Below, in pieces: positions 1 to 14,012 of a DNA stretch of 64,000 bases (the first letter of the stretch is position 1; each line of letters starts with the position of its first letter). The notes below the pieces were generated by a model, which did no database searches, had not been told where the DNA came from, and saw nothing but the letters and a program-made list of their open reading frames with translations. Made by a program: the position numbers and the translations under genes. Source of the DNA: Glaucostegus cemiculus (Eukaryota); contig CDPCPM010000231.1 of NCBI GenBank assembly GCA_976551045.1, positions 3,596,001 through 3,660,000 of the forward strand, in the 5' to 3' direction.

Positions 1-1130
1 ATCCTCATGTGACATGCTCTCCAATCCAGGCAGCATCCTGGTAAATCTCCTTTGCACCCTCTCTAACGCTTCTACATCCTTCCTATAATTAGGTGACCAG
101 AACTGAACAAAATACTCCGTGTGGTCTAACCAGAGCTTTATAGAGCTGCAACATTACCTTGCAGCTCTTGAACTAAATACCCTGACTAATGAAGGCCAAC
201 ACACCAGATGCCTTATTAACAACCTCATCAACCTGCAAGGCAACCTTGGAGGAGCTATGGATGTGGGCCCCAAGATCCCTCTGTTCCTACACACCACTAC
301 TAGCCCTGACAGTAACCTTGTATTCTGCCTTCAAATTCGATCTCCCAAAGTGCATCACTTCACACTTTTCTGGGTTGAACTCCATCTGCCACTTCTCAGA
401 CCAGCTCTGCACCCTATCAATGTCCTGCTATAACCTACAGCAACCTTCTACACTATCCACATCACCACCAACCTTTGTATCATCAACAAACCTACTAACC
501 CACTCTTCCACATCCTCATCATCCAAGTCATTTATAAAAATCACAAAGAGCAGGGGTCCCAGGACAGATCCCTGTGGAACACCATTGGTCACCGACCTCT
601 AGGCAGAATGCGTTCTATGACCGCCCTTTGTCTTCTATGGGTGAGCCTATTCTGAATCCACTCAGCCAAGCTTCCCTGGATCCCATGCCTCCTGACTTTC
701 TGAATGAGCCTTCTATGAGGAACCTTAGCAAATGCCTTACTGAAATCCATGTACACCACATCCACGGCTCTGCCTTCAGCATCCTCAAAGAATTCAATCA
801 GGCTCATGAGGCACATCCTGCCCTTCACAAAGCCATGTTGACTGTCCCTAATCAGCCAATGCTTCTCTAAATCCTGTCTCTAAGAATCTTCTCCAGTAAT
901 TTGCCTACCACTGAAGTTGCACTCATTGATCTATAATTCCCAGGGTTATCCCTACTCCCTTTCTTAAACAAAGGAACAACATTTGCCACCCGCCAATCAT
1001 TTGGCACTACTCCTGTGACCAGTCAGGATGCAAAGATCATCGCCAAAGGCACAGCAATCTCTCCCCTCACTTCCCATAATAACCTTGGATGTATCCTGTC
1101 TGGCCCAGGTGACTTATCTATCCTGTTTTC
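1..1130 (-). mobile_element. CR1-clade LINE fragment (RT domain)
   Basis: Minus ORF 589-828 contains AVDVVYMDFSKAFAKVPHRRLIQKVRRHGIQGSLAEWIQNRL. The downstream RT motif ([17 protein letters not shown]) is encoded on the minus strand at ~530-580. Confidence 0.92.
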
Positions 1131-1954
1131 TAGGATGAGATGCTGTTTGATCAGATATCAGTCAGGATGTCCCATGATCAAATCTCAACCAGAATTTGCA
1201 TTCCTGCAAGTAACAGCTATAAATTAATTACAAAACCAAGGAATCAACATCTTGTTGTTTTATGAATTAAAGGAAAGAAACTAAAAAATGTATAGGTTGA
1301 CTGACTTAGTTAATCTGGAATTCAAACAAGTCATATAATTCAAGAGAGGTATGGATCACAGCAGAACTTTCTGAAAATCCAAGTACCAGACTTCAGAACA
1401 TCTTCAGCAAAGTGCACAATCAGAATGGTAAAATGTAGTATCAAGAATTTTGAACCTTGAATTTTTTGTTGAACTATAATTCAGAAAGTATACAACTTGA
1501 TTTGCTCCGATGTCTGCAAGACTATCATTTTCTATCAGCAGGCGCAGCAGCAACAGTAAATCTTCACAGGTCAGGCACAATGCAAAACAATTTATTCTTT
1601 TTTTAAAAGAATGTATTGCATGACTAGTCATGCTTAGATAGAAAAACTGCAAAACACTGAAGTGACAGGAGTTATAAATAGGTTTGTCAATTGGGGTACT
1701 TTACATGAGAGAGCATCTAACACTAGCAACTTTTCAGTTTGAATTATTATAACAGGCAACCCTAAATTGTGGGTTCTAACCCATTCTGAGCTCAAGCTCA
1801 TGATGTACATGTATTATTGATTACATCTACTCTATATAGATGTAATTAGATATTCTGCATTAGCTATCAAGTTATCTTCCCTCAAAAGATTCAAATTAAG
1901 GTTAAAAATCTCACATTATTTAAACAAGAATGAATGATATTTGACAGAAGGGTC

Positions 1955-2040
1955 TCAGATTTGCAACATTAACTTTCTTTTTTTGACAAGTACTGTTTGA
2001 ACTGCTGAGTGTTTTCAGCATCTTTTGTTTTTATTTCAGG
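1955..2040 (+). mobile_element. Degenerate Penelope-derived short element (hammerhead-bearing end)
   Basis: tgacagaagggtctcagatttgcaacattaac...ctgctgagtgttttcagcatcttttgtttttatttcag resembles the copies at 11155 and 49566. Confidence 0.55.
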
Positions 2041-2294
2041 CGACATTTGCAGGCTGCCCCCAGAACACTCTACGCAAAAGATGCGTTTCATGGTGTGTTT
2101 CGAATGTACATGTGACTAATAAAGAAATCAAATCAATGTTTTAAAAGATTAGTCTTGAATACCCCATTCCAATTGTCAGCATTCTAGGTGTGCCATGGCA
2201 AATGGGTAACTGATTGCTGGATCTATGTTTTGATGGTTACAATTTTACAAAAACTCTAGAAAAATAAGTTTACTTTATTGTGGTATACTGAACT

Positions 2295-2562
2295 GAAGGC
2301 AGTCCCTGGGTTATGCAAGGGTTCCATTCTCGGGAACTGCCCGTTGGCCGATTTCTCCATAGGTCAAAATACTATCATATCAATCTACATACACTTGCTA
2401 TGATTCTTTCATTTCATCAAATATTTACACTAACCCTACCCATAATTACACTAATAAAATATATATTGTATCCATTTACTCTTATGCTTTAAAAAGCACA
2501 GGGGAATTTTCATAAAGTCAGATTTCCACAAGTCAGGTTATCTGTAACATGAGCTTCAGTAT
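2295..2562. mobile_element. Tigger/pogo-like MITE (degenerate)
   Basis: Left end aggcagtccctgggttatg...gttccattc resembles Tigger-type TIRs; right end ...gtaacatgagcttcagta is only partly complementary. Confidence 0.45.
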
Positions 2563-2619
2563 TCTGGGCCCTGGGTTCACATTAAAAAAAAATTGGATTT
2601 CTTTGCAAGTCAACCTTGC

Positions 2620-2706
2620 CAAATGCATTATTACTCTTAACCATTTGACCACACACAGTAGTGTTTGAACTGTTTGGTCAAATGGCTATGAGTAATAATG
2701 CATTTG
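2620..2706. repeat. Near-perfect inverted repeat (hairpin)
   Basis: caaatgcattattactcttaaccatttgacca...tggtcaaatggctatgagtaataatgcatttg; arms of ~32 bp with 2 mismatches. Confidence 0.9.
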
Positions 2707-4929
2707 AATTCAAAAGTACTTATTAATTGAATGTGTACAAACCTTTGCGTGTTTCTCTCTTGCCCATTTAGGTACCACAATATATATGGACTTGTTCACT
2801 CTTAGCTGTGACCAAGTAACCAATATTTGCACATTTCTGGTATAAATCAGCACAGAGTGCAGGCTTTCTCTCCCTTGACTGCCATCACTGAAGGAAGGAC
2901 TTCAAATATGTTAGAAGGAACATGAACTTGATATGCAGGATGTAGCTGGGGCTTCAATGAGAGAAATTCAGTTGTTAAAACTGCATTGGTTTACGTTAAC
3001 ATGCAACATTAACATGAGTCAGACTCAGCAGGATGTATTGCTGAGATAGGCATTTTGCAGGATACCACAAGAGGATTTTGAACTGATTTCACAAAAATCA
3101 CTCTCTACAAAGAGACATCTCCACTCTCTTAACCACTATCATTCCCATCACCTCAATCTCCCAGTGAGACATTAGTTGAATGTCAATTGCCTGTTAATGT
3201 TGCCAAAGTCAAGTGGCCAATCTGAGCAAGATTTTGTTCTCTGTGCTCCACAGCTTTATAAGTCAGCAATGATCTTGCCCGTTAAAAACATCAATTAAAT
3301 CCCCACTTCATTCAGATAATAAGAAGGATTCAATATCAGAACAACAAAATAATATGATTCATTACAAATAAATCACCAAACAATAAACTATTTCCAAGTC
3401 TACTAGCTTCTAGAGATCTATTTAAATCTTGCCTTCTGAAACTTGAAAGAATTATTTTCCTGCAGTGCAGTGTAAATCTGTTAGAGCTTTAAACTAAAGG
3501 AAATCAGCAAACCACTCATGGCTTGACCCTATTCAGATGCTCTGGCACACAGACAGTAACCCTGTACAATGCCAAACACAACTTACCACGCATTCCTGAA
3601 CAATCCACAAAACAATAAAGTTCAAGATAATAGTATTCTTTTTAGATATAATAAATCAATGCTTTAGAAAATCTACAGCAAAAACATTTAGATGCGCAAG
3701 TGATCTATGATCTGGATGCATGAGTAATAGAAAAGTTATAAAAATAAAGCAAAACATCCTGAGGTTCAGCCAAATGGATCCAAAATGGATAACGTGCAAG
3801 AAATTCAAAACAAGAGCTTGAGAACTGCTTACAAGTATGCATTCATTCACTTGAGATGAAACCAGATTATTCTGCTTTCACAAAATTCTTGCATTCCACA
3901 GATGAAACCAAATTCAACAACAGCCAAGAGTAAAAGCAAGCTATACTCAGCAGTAAATCTGGGTTTTGAAGAATCTGCAACCTTCATTTCAAAAAAGGTA
4001 TAAAGTTTCAATACATATATTATTATTGTGAAAATGTAAATATCATAAGAAACCTGGCTGTTACTACATGCCTTTAGTTTGGGATAACATTAAAGTTGTA
4101 GAGTGGCTTAGCTTTGATCCCCAAACAGCAATTCATTATTAACAGCTCTGAATGATGTACAACTTTTGCTGACTGATTCTAACTCCAAGAGTAGAATGAC
4201 AATTAATTTTTCTCCTTCCCCATTTCACTCTTAATTTCCAATTGCCTTTCACAATCTCTTATCCAATGCTTTGCAAATGAAGCTAATATTGTTTTTCAAA
4301 TGACTCCAAGGAATCTCACATACTTTTGAATTCCAGTTGTCATTTTGAATCCACGCTGTAATAACAGGGGGTACAGGTTTCATTTTCCTGATTACTGTTC
4401 CTCATTACATGGGGGCTCACACAAGGAATTGGCACTTAAATTTGCACTGAACAAAGAAAAATCTAATTTGAAGAGATAATGTGGGAAATTTAATTGGAAC
4501 TATAGTTCTGCCGAAGTCTACTTTGAGGTTGGGATTAAGTCCCATTGTCAGAGCAGATTATTGGGAACTATTCTCTCCAGCTCTTTGCACTATACTGGAC
4601 CTGGAAAAGTTTGATAACAACTTTACAAAAAAATTTGTAATTACTTCTTTTAAGCACATGTACAAATAAGAACACATGAATTAAGTATTAACAGCCTTTC
4701 TTCTCATGTAGAATGGACTCTTCTTGTCTATAGTGGACACTGAAATCACTTTATTCCATGTAAAGTCAACCATTCTAAACCACATTTTTTTAAAATTTAA
4801 TTATGTACAGGATAGGTACAGGTCCACAGAACGCTGACAAAGTAGTGACAAAAATTGAGACCATAGCTCAGGAAAATATCAACAGGAATAATTACCATAC
4901 ACAATGTAGCTTGAAAGATTGTGGCAAAG

Positions 4930-5060
4930 AAGCAGAGATGCTGGAAATCCAAAACAAAGTCAGAGAATGGTGGAAATGCTCAGTAGATCAGGCAGTGGCA
5001 GCAGGAAGAGTAAGAGGCTCAATATTTCAGGTCAAGGACCCTTCATCAGAACTGGAAATC
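4930..5060 (-). mobile_element. Penelope-derived short element with minimal hammerhead core
   Basis: Minus strand ccagtt-CTGATGA-A-GGGTC-ctt-GACCT-GAAA-tatt, followed by the family tail (ctgcctgatctactgagcatttccaccattctc...ccagcatct). Confidence 0.75.
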
Positions 5061-5124
5061 AACTGTAGGAAGGTGGGGGAGGGGGTCATTTGGTGGAGAC
5101 AACTGAAGGAATATCTATTCACAC

Positions 5125-5485
5125 TGTAGCCTCCAGCTCTGGTGCTAGAGTGAATGAATATTTAGGGCAGCGGATGAAAAGCCAATCATCAGGCTTTGTT
5201 CTAGGATGACGTCAATTTTTTTTTGAGAGTTGTTGGTACTGCACTCATCCAGGCAAGTGGAGACAATTCCATTTGTGCCTTGTAGATGGTGGAAAGGTCC
5301 TGTGGCATTAGAAGGCAACTCACCCGCCATGGGATATTGAGCCTCTGACCTTCTCTTTTTGCCACAGTATTTATATGGCTAATCCAATTGAATTTCTGCT
5401 CAATGGTGAGCCCAGGTTATTGACAGTAATGCCTTTGACTGTCAAGGCTAGACGGTTAAACTGTTGCGTTGAGAGTCATTTACTT
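5125..5485 (-). mobile_element. CR1/L2-related LINE fragment (C-terminal ORF2; same family as ~9950-10450 and ~50080-50950)
   Basis: Minus ORF ends ...KKIDVILEQSLMIGFSSAALNIHSL, homologous to LRKLDSIQGKLVCLIDVEITSLNIHSLHYW at 50251-50535. Confidence 0.7.
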
Positions 5486-6579
5486 GGAATTTGCTGAACG
5501 TTTGAGGTTCATAAGGGGTTGGGGTGGCATGGGGGTGGTGGTCATGGTGGAGAGGGAAGTGCACGGTAGTGCCCAAAAGATGGTGTTTGGCCTCCATGAG
5601 TTAGGGGCAAGTTTGACAAACAACAACAAAAGCATTCTCATCAGCGGGCTAGTCCTTGGTAAACAGGGGGCTTGAGGGGTATAGGTTTGTGTGAATAAGA
5701 GTAGAAAACTTGAAACTGTCAATGCTGCATTGATAGCTTGTGATAAGTAGATCTAGGGAGGCTAAAAGGCTAGAATGAACAGTTGAAGTGGATCAGGAAT
5801 TCTGGAATGTGCAGATTATACCATAAATTTCTAAGACATTGTATATATTTTGGAAAACAGGAAGAGATTAGATAAGAAACACCATCATGTGACAAACAAG
5901 AGAGATTCAACCAATGTTCTGATACAAGATTTGATGAATAAAGTGCTTCAGGCAACTAATGGAGAAAGAATGCCCTCCAGCAGAAGAAGAGCATGTGATA
6001 CATGTGTACTTTTGGAGATTACTCTTTCTATTGAGGAGCTTTGCCAGAAATAATGCTGTGTAATATTAATTTAACAAACCAATTAAATTAATGATGACCT
6101 GGTGCTTCTCCAGGTGTGATAATCTTAATTCATTCCAACATATCAGAAAACTAACAGACCAAAAATCGAGAAATATCATGTTTACTCTAAGTATGACAAG
6201 GCCATTCTGAACTAATTGCTCTGTACAGATTTTATGCTCCCCAGGCAGGATATTCCTGGAGCTTTCCTTTGACAAATTTTATTAACTTCTGCATGCCATG
6301 TCTTTGCACTTCCCTCCTGATCACACACCCAAACCTGAACAATGTTTTGGTGAGTAGATTTTGGCATGAACAAGTGTTACATGCACATATGGACTAAGTG
6401 TAATGCATCCACTAGAACACAGACTACTAAATTTACACTTGAATTAATAGATTTTTAATTTACAAAAGCCCAGGCACTTTACCAACCAAGTAAAAAAAAT
6501 TGTTTGCACACATTCAAATGAAAAATTTACCAAAGCAAAAGCCCATCACTTTTTGACAGATCTTAGTCATAAAAACCCA

Positions 6580-7180
6580 AATTTGTCAGATTCCCGAATC
6601 CCTTCTCAACATCTTCCTGGTCTTTGCATTTATATGTCAATTTAGGAGCTTTCACTATTAATTATTTCTAGAACACCCTTAATTTTCCATTGTGACATCA
6701 TCCTCTTTGTGACTTTCCCCTCAAATTTCTAATTTCACACATCTCAAAGTATCTGAACTCTTTGGTACTACAAAATAATTTATCCATATCATCTTTTACA
6801 ATTCCCTTCATAAATCAGAATCCCTAACTTTCAGCTATCTAGCGCAATTTCCTCAAATGAAAATTGCAGCTTGGGCAATAGTTAATGTTTGGTTCAGCAG
6901 CCTTCTAATTTCTGATTACTTCAATTCCAATGAATTACTTGAAGTAGAAAGGAAGGGAATGGCATTCATGCAGATTATTTCTGCCTCTGGCTTCCCAGAC
7001 AATCAAGTTATTCCTCCTAGCACATACCTATTGCAAACTCAAATTCAATTCAATTCAACTCAATTTCAGATTGTTATCACTGCTCCCATTCTTTACAATT
7101 TAAAAATAAACAAATAAATGGGAATTATTCTGCTGTTGTCACTTACAGCTCCTCCAGACACACCTTTTCTGCATTTAATT
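6580..7180 (+). mobile_element. Highly degraded L2 LINE ORF2 fragment
   Basis: Pyrimidine-rich plus strand with L2-like remnants (e.g. ...aatgaaaattgcagc...acagcctcctccagacacacc). Confidence 0.4.
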
Positions 7181-7599
7181 TTCTGATGTCATTCTTCCTC
7201 ATTCTATCATGTTTGTCATTTAATATTTAACTTCCCCTTATCACAAATCTTTCCTTTGTTTATTCCTCCAACTCTGCCCCATCACTAACTTCGAGTACTT
7301 ATCTAAAGTCAGTGCCTGAAATATTATTCATTTCTCTCTTCATGCTACCTGACCTAAAGATTTCTGCTATTTTTTTTTGTTTTTATTCCTCTCTAATTAA
7401 ATTTTTTCCTATATCTGCAAATTCATATTTCAAGGTTGCCTTGCAAAGATATTTTACAATTACTGTTTAGTGCTTTCCAAGTCCTTTGATACTCTGCTCT
7501 ATAGCTATTTAATAAATGTTATTAGACAAAGTCATCAAAGTTGAGTGAGGTCTGTCATCAGCTACATACTGAATTATTAAAAGGTTAACACACAAAAGG

Positions 7600-9740
7600 G
7601 CATTATGCCCACCACATCCACACTGGTCCAATAAGGCCCACCTCAACTAATCATGCCTTCCAGCACTTGGTACGCAGCCTGACAGGTTGAGGATTTCAAG
7701 CACGGATCCATCTATCTCCACCTTTCAGGAAGTAGGTTCCAAACCCCTTCCACCCTTTGGGTAACAATTTTTTTCATTATACCCCATCCACGTGAAATCT
7801 GTCCCCCCTGGTTTTTGAGCCCATTGCCAAGGGAAATGGGTCCTGTGTAGTATCCCATCGAGGTGCCTCAATTTTATAAACAGTTAAGCCTCCCCTCAGC
7901 CTGTAATGTTCCAAAGAAAACAATCCTTATTTGAGCTTATCTAATCTTCTCTCAGAGCTGACATTGCCCAGTCCTGGCAACACCCTTGCCAATTCCTTCC
8001 TCACCCTATCCAATGCAATCACATCATTCTTCTAATTTAGCCACAGATCTGTATGCAGGAGCAGAGAAGTGGCCGTGAAAGTGTTCTAGAACAGTTTTAA
8101 ACACCTTTAAGGATTTGTGAATGTATACTCCAAGATCCCTTAGTTACTTAACACTGCTTTATGTCCTCCCATTGGCTGTCCCTCCCCTTGCCTTAACAAA
8201 CCACCCAAAATACACAACAGCACATTTTTCTACATTAAATTCAATTTGTCACTTTCATGCCCAAACTGATTAAACCATCTTCCTGCAGTCTATAGTTTTC
8301 CTCCTCACTAACAGCCACATAGCTAATTTTTATATCATCCACAAATTTATATACAAGGTACTGAACCCTGTGAAACCCAACATGTAACAGCCTTCCAGTC
8401 ACAAGAACATTCTTACCACTTATTTCATTACCACTTATTTCCTACTACTATGCCAACTTCAGATTCAATCTGCCACTTCCCTTTGGATCCTAAGGGCTCT
8501 TATGTTTTTGGCCAGTCTGTGTTGAGAACCTGTTAAAAGCCTTTCTGAAACCCACACTGATCACATCAGATACACCATGTTCATTGACTCTCCTTACCAA
8601 GTCCTCAAAGAAAATCACATCTGTCAGAAAGACATTCCATTAAACAAATCCTTGCTGGCTGTCCCTGATTACTCTGTGCCTTTGTAAATAATTTTTATCC
8701 TATAATCACTGGTTCCACTAAATTACCCACTAAAGTTAAATTAGCTGGCCTATAATTACTTAGCTTTCCCTTTCCTCCCCTTTCAAACAATGGTACAACA
8801 GTGTCGGTCTTCCACTCCTCTAACACCACTCCTCTTGCCTGTGTGGGTTGAAAAGTAATAGTCAGAGTCTCTGCTGTCTCCTCCCTCGCTTTTAACAACC
8901 TGGGATACAAGGAACAATTTATCCACTTTCAAGAACACTTTTTCATTATCCTATCTAATGTTTCACATTCTTCCTCCTTCAACACCAACCTTCACCTTTG
9001 GCGAAGTCAGCCATATCATATTTGCCAAGAACGATACACACACCCTCCCCTTCCACACATTGGTTTCTTATTTGGTCCCCAACAGCTCTACTTTTTTTTC
9101 TTAAATTTATTCTCTTGCAGTTTATGTACTAAGCATTTTTTTTAGTATCTTCTTTGATTTACTTGCCAATATTTTTTCGTGCATTCTCGTTATTTTTCTA
9201 ATTTCCCTTTCAATTTTAATCTCACTTCCTGTACAATCAACTTTCTGCTGTTTTAAATTTTTATTGTTTCATGCAAGCTTCCTTTATCTTAACCTCTCTG
9301 CACATCATAATCTGGAGAGTCCTTGATTTGATTGTCCCACCCTTTCCTCTGGAAACTCCTTGACCCTGAACCTTTTTAATCTCTTTCTTGGATAACTCTT
9401 GTTCTCCAGAGAGCCAATTTGCCTTCAAACAAGTTTCCAGTCAATTTTTGCCAAATAATTTCAGTCAAGTAAAATTAGTTTTAATCCACATTTAGAACCT
9501 TTACCTTTTATCAATGGCCTTTACAATAACAATGCTAAATCAAATTGAATGATGATTATGATCAGATACTCTTTCACTGACCAACTTCATTCCCTTAAAC
9601 TCAATCGAGAAAAAGTACTCCTGAACACAGTTTAGGAATCCTATGCCCTCTATAACTTTTACATTGATCTTTTCACAGTTAACATTAGAATTATTGAAAT
9701 CCCCCATTCTAAATGTATCTGTCCACCAGGATTGGAAACA
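7600..9740 (-). mobile_element. Degraded CR1 LINE (3' end to endonuclease region)
   Basis: Minus ORF 8695-8910 YPRLLK..W.TDTVVPLFERGGKGKLSNYRPANLT is a typical CR1 ORF2 segment; a CR1-type 3' tail lies at ~7600-7700. Confidence 0.8.
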
Positions 9741-9944
9741 TCATTGAACATAGATACCTACAGCACAATTCAGGCCCTTCGGCCCACAAAGCTGTGCCGA
9801 ACATGTCCCCACACTATTAGGCTTACCCATAACCTTCTATCTGTTTACCTCCATGTACCTAGCCAACAGTCTCTCATAAAGCTCAATCCATCCAAACTAT
9901 CTCCAAATCAATAAATTCAACAAATAGAGATGGCAATAAATGCA

Positions 9945-10830
9945 AAGAACTTATAGGATGTGGGTATCACTAACAAGGCCAACATTTTCTTAGTTTTAAC
10001 TGTCTTTGGAGAATATGACAGTGAATCTCTCTGTGGAGCCCTCAGTTATTGTTGTGAAGGTACTGTCGCACAGCAGTGATCGACAAGAAGTTTGACATTT
10101 GAAACCACTGCCAATGAATGAATAGCACTCCACTTCCAAGACAGGAGGCTGTGCAACGATGAGGCAAAATTGCAAGGAGTGGCACTTCAATGCCTTTTTT
10201 GTCTTCGCCCATTAAAGTGGTGAAAATTGTGACCTTTGAAGGCACAGTGAAAGAAACCTTGGCTGCAGTACATTTTGGAGATAGTACATGTTATAGTCAT
10301 GGATCTCTTGTGGAGAGAGTGAACATTCAGAGTAGAAGTTGCTCTGTTCTAAATTATGCACAATTTGAAAGCTTTTGGAACTACACTCAAACATTGAGAA
10401 GAAAATCACACTCATGACATGTACTCGATCGGTGCTGAAAAGGTTCAGTAGAAATCAGGAAATTGGTAAGTCATAGAAACACAGAAAACATTGGAAGCAC
10501 TTAACCTCAAGTCAGAATCAACACTTCAACCTTAAACATTAACTCTGCTTCTCCTTTCACAGCTGTTGCCTGCCCTTCTGACTGTTTCCAGAATTTTCAT
10601 CTTTTATTTCAGTTTTCCGGGATCTGCAGTTTTTTAAAAAAAATTTCATTTGGTAAATCAATCACCACAGGATTTATCATCTGCTCTTGTTGCCACAGTA
10701 TTTATGAGAATTAATCTTTTATTCCACTGTGACTTTTCAAAATCGATGGTGGAAAAAAATCAACAACGATTGAGTCATTGAACATGAAGGGAAAGGGATC
10801 TTGACGATGATCCTGGCCTTGCATATGATA
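9945..10830 (-). mobile_element. CR1/L2-related LINE 3' fragment, interrupted by a Penelope-derived element at ~10475-10645
   Basis: Similar to 5125-5485 and 50080-50950 (ctcttgttgccacagtatttat; gagagtgaacattc). Confidence 0.55.
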
Positions 10831-11019
10831 CTCGTATCCTAGGATTAAATAAAGCAAAAAGATGCTGATCTCCATTCAACACAAAGGGAGTTACAGGGCC
10901 ATCACATTTCATTTATCAAAGCCTTCTCAGCAGGAAAACTTAAGAATTCCTTCTCCAGCAGGTTACAGTCAATTGATCTTCTCTTCTGGAAATTTCCACT
11001 TTCAATATTCATGTTAAGT

Positions 11020-11265
11020 GAAAATAAAACACTGCAGATACTAGAAATCGAAACTGAAAACAGAAAATGCTGGAAATACTCAACAGGTCAGTCCGCATTT
11101 GTGAGAAGAGAAACAAGAGTTAATGTTTCAAGTTGATAACTTTTCGCCAGATCAAGTTTTCTGACGAAGGGTCTTCGATCCAAACAGTTAACTCTATTTC
11201 TCTTCCCACAAATGTGACCCAACTCACTGAACATCTCCAGCATTTTCTGTTTTTGTTTCATTTTG
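11020..11265. mobile_element. Inverted (head-to-head) pair of Penelope-derived hammerhead elements
   Basis: Left arm (minus) CTGGCGAAAAGTTATCAACTTGAAACATTAACT; right arm (plus) CTGACGAAGGGTCTTCGATCCAAACAGTTAACT. Both run out into the shared tail (ccagcattttctgtttt). Confidence 0.8.
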
Positions 11266-12544
11266 ACTACAAGTGTTCTTGCACTGGAAGGTAGAGAGGG
11301 AGACGGAGTAAGGAGTGTGAATGGAAAATAATGTTCACTTTGTCCTGTAGTCCTGCCATCAATGGATGCGAGGCTGGATAGTACTAACGGTGAAACTTTC
11401 TTAAAGAGAAAAACATTGCAAAGTTTCTGCTGGTTTCCAATCTGCATACTTCAGTAACATCTTGTGAAAAATTCTAATCAAGATTAGACTTTTCTGTTGA
11501 GAGGAAAATTACCCTCCACCACAAAAATCAGGTACAGTCCCCATCCTCAGTGTGTGAACTTTTTAAAATTTGAAACGCGTGGTTCATCACCAAAAACCAC
11601 AATAGCTGTGGGCAATTTTGCACTTATTGGATTACCAACACACAGACCATGAAGTTCTTAAAATGGCATCTTTCTGCTATATCTACACCTGCAGTTGGCA
11701 ATGTTGATTATAAATAGTGAGATTCGACCTAAATAATAATGTTCATACTCTTGAGGCTATTAGCATGAAATTTTAAAACTTTTCTCACATTTTTTAAACT
11801 CATTACTTAAGAAGTGTTCATTTGGTGAATGAATCTATTCCAACACAGGCCCAGTTTCAAGGTTACCCACTCTCATGATAACAACAGCACAACCTAAAAT
11901 AGTGATTCTCTTACTTTTTAAGAACCAACATGCAACATCCAACAAGCTCCAAAATATTAATTTACTATTCATTAGAACTGGGAACAAGAAAATATTTTAG
12001 TAGCAGGGGTGAGAGAGGGGCAGGATAGAACAAAAGGGAATATCTGACTGGACGAGATCAAATTACTTAACGTGGTAATTTTGTTTTTATTTCACACTTC
12101 TAACATCTGCATTTTTTGAGTTTCAGACTTTGATAAATTCTTGTTGCTTTAAAAAGTATATTTTCCAACTGTCATTAAACCACAACATATAACAAAATTA
12201 AAATTATTTTATGGAACAGAGGACAAGAATGTTACAAACATTTACTTGGAAAAAAAAGTTGAAGTGTTTGGATCCAGTTTAGCTTTTTTTTGTACAAGTT
12301 ACAGTATCTACGTTTCACACCACAGTAGTACAGCATACCCTAAGTAGTGTTTTCTTGGAACTACAGAACATGGTTACAGGTCACTGCTCTGTTTATATTA
12401 GAATTTTCACAAGTGGTGCCCTCGAGGACACATCAGAACTGTAGGCAAAAAGCCAAAGTATAAATTCACTGAAAATTACTTCCTGATAAATAAGCAATGG
12501 TGAGCAAGCAATATTTATGACTGACAGCATAAAATACTGTATAT

Positions 12545-13090
12545 ACACAGAAGATCAGCCAGCATTTGTGGAGGCAAAAATTTATTTCAAGGCTAAGACC
12601 TGTCTTCAGGTCAACATAAAATGAGGGACATAAATGGGATTTCAGCTATTAGGGAGGATGGAAAAGTAGGGAGGGGTGGAAAGGAGGAAAGGTTTGTGAT
12701 AGGATAGGATGACAAGAGGAATGATAGTACAAGACAAAAGGGGGCAGCAATGGGACAGGTAATAAATAGATGCATCTGAAGATGCAATTATCAACAGCAA
12801 AATCATTGCCAGCATTTGCTCCATTAAAAAAGGTTACCACTGGTCACCACCTGAGATTGCTGAACTCAGCATTGAAGGTTGCAATATGCCTAATTGTTGG
12901 ACGAAGTGCTATTCTTCAAACTTCTGTTGAAATTCATCAGAATGGAGTTGACAGCCAAGAATAGAAAGGTCACAGCAAGAGTGGGATGGAGAATTAAAAA
13001 TGAGGTGCAACCCCACAGCCATGAGTCAGACTTCGATTGAATGGCGAGGTGCTAATCAAGGAAACACCCAACTGGCAGGTGTTCCTTCAG
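12545..13090 (-). mobile_element. Penelope-like element 3' part
   Basis: Degenerate hammerhead on the minus strand at ~12580-12612 (CTGAAGACAGGTCTTAGCCTTGAAA). It is followed by a purine-rich tract and sequence resembling the GIY-YIG-adjacent region seen at ~19500. Confidence 0.6.
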
Positions 13091-13224
13091 AGCAAGCAGA
13101 ATTAACAAATTTCTTCTGATGCCAGAGGAAAAGCAGAAAAGATTGTTGCTGCTGCTATCTCTTTTATCATACACTTTTTGCATGCATTCACTCATTTATA
13201 AGCTGGTGAACATGCAATGTCTTC

Positions 13225-13385
13225 TCAACAACTTTTGAAAGACAGTTGGACAGGTACATGGATAAGAAAGGCTTAGAAAGATTTGGGCGAAACACAGGCA
13301 AATGGGACTAGTTTGAAAGGGCATCTTAGATGGCATGGACCAGTTAGGCCAATGGGCCTGTCCCCACACTGAATGACTATGATTT
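13225..13385 (+). mobile_element. CR1-type 3' tail
   Basis: ttggacaggtacatggataagaaaggcttagaaagatttgggcgaaacacaggcaaatgggactag...ggcatggaccagttaggccaatgggcctgt; same tail as 52760-52905 and the reverse of 20890-21100. Confidence 0.75.
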
Positions 13386-13854
13386 AGCATCGGCATCATT
13401 AAAAAGCTAATTCTTTCATGAGTGAACAGCATCAGATGAAGTTCGGACGAACCTGGTTGAAAACCTCACCAGTAATCAATTTTGTGCATTGCATTACCAT
13501 CAATATCTCTTTGATGAGGTGAACTAAAAAGCAAACAAACAGAAAAGTCAGGCGTCATGAAGTCCAGACTTTGTTTACTCAATCTGAAAAATGCATAAAA
13601 TTGATTAACACTACATTAATGTGATTCTTACACGCTAGATTTCTGGGTGTTGTACAAACAAGTATCTGGGCAAAAATATTTCCCACTAGATGCAAGAGCA
13701 GCACTTTGATGCTCCAAATAACAATGCAAAGTTGTTAGGCCAAATCATTCAGTAGTGTCAGAATGACCTTTCTGATAAATGGTTATAATTGAAATAGTAT
13801 GCATCCACATCCAAGTTGCAAGCAACTACCAACAAGACTACGTAAAAAAAAAAA

Positions 13855-14012
13855 TTGGTTTTGGTTTATTATTGTCACTTGTACCAAGGTACAATGAAAA
13901 ACATGTCTTGCAAACTGATAGTATACGTCACTTCATTACACAGTGCAGTTACATTGAGTTAGTACAGAGTGCATTGATGTAGGACAGGTAAAAACAATAA
14001 CAGTACAGATCT
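13855..14012 (-). mobile_element. 3' terminal fragment of the Rex1-like element seen at 45700
   Basis: ggtttattattgtcacttgtaccaaggtacaatgaaaaacatgtcttgc is nearly identical to 45710-45760. Confidence 0.75.

Noticed and set aside
119-870. Several plus-strand ORFs of 98-137 aa
   Set aside because: Antisense shadows of the minus-strand CR1 RT.
2689-2701. tgagtaataatgc matches the 3' half of miR-126-3p
   Set aside because: The seed region (UCGUACCG) is absent and miR-126 resides in an EGFL7 intron; this is most likely a chance 13-nt match.
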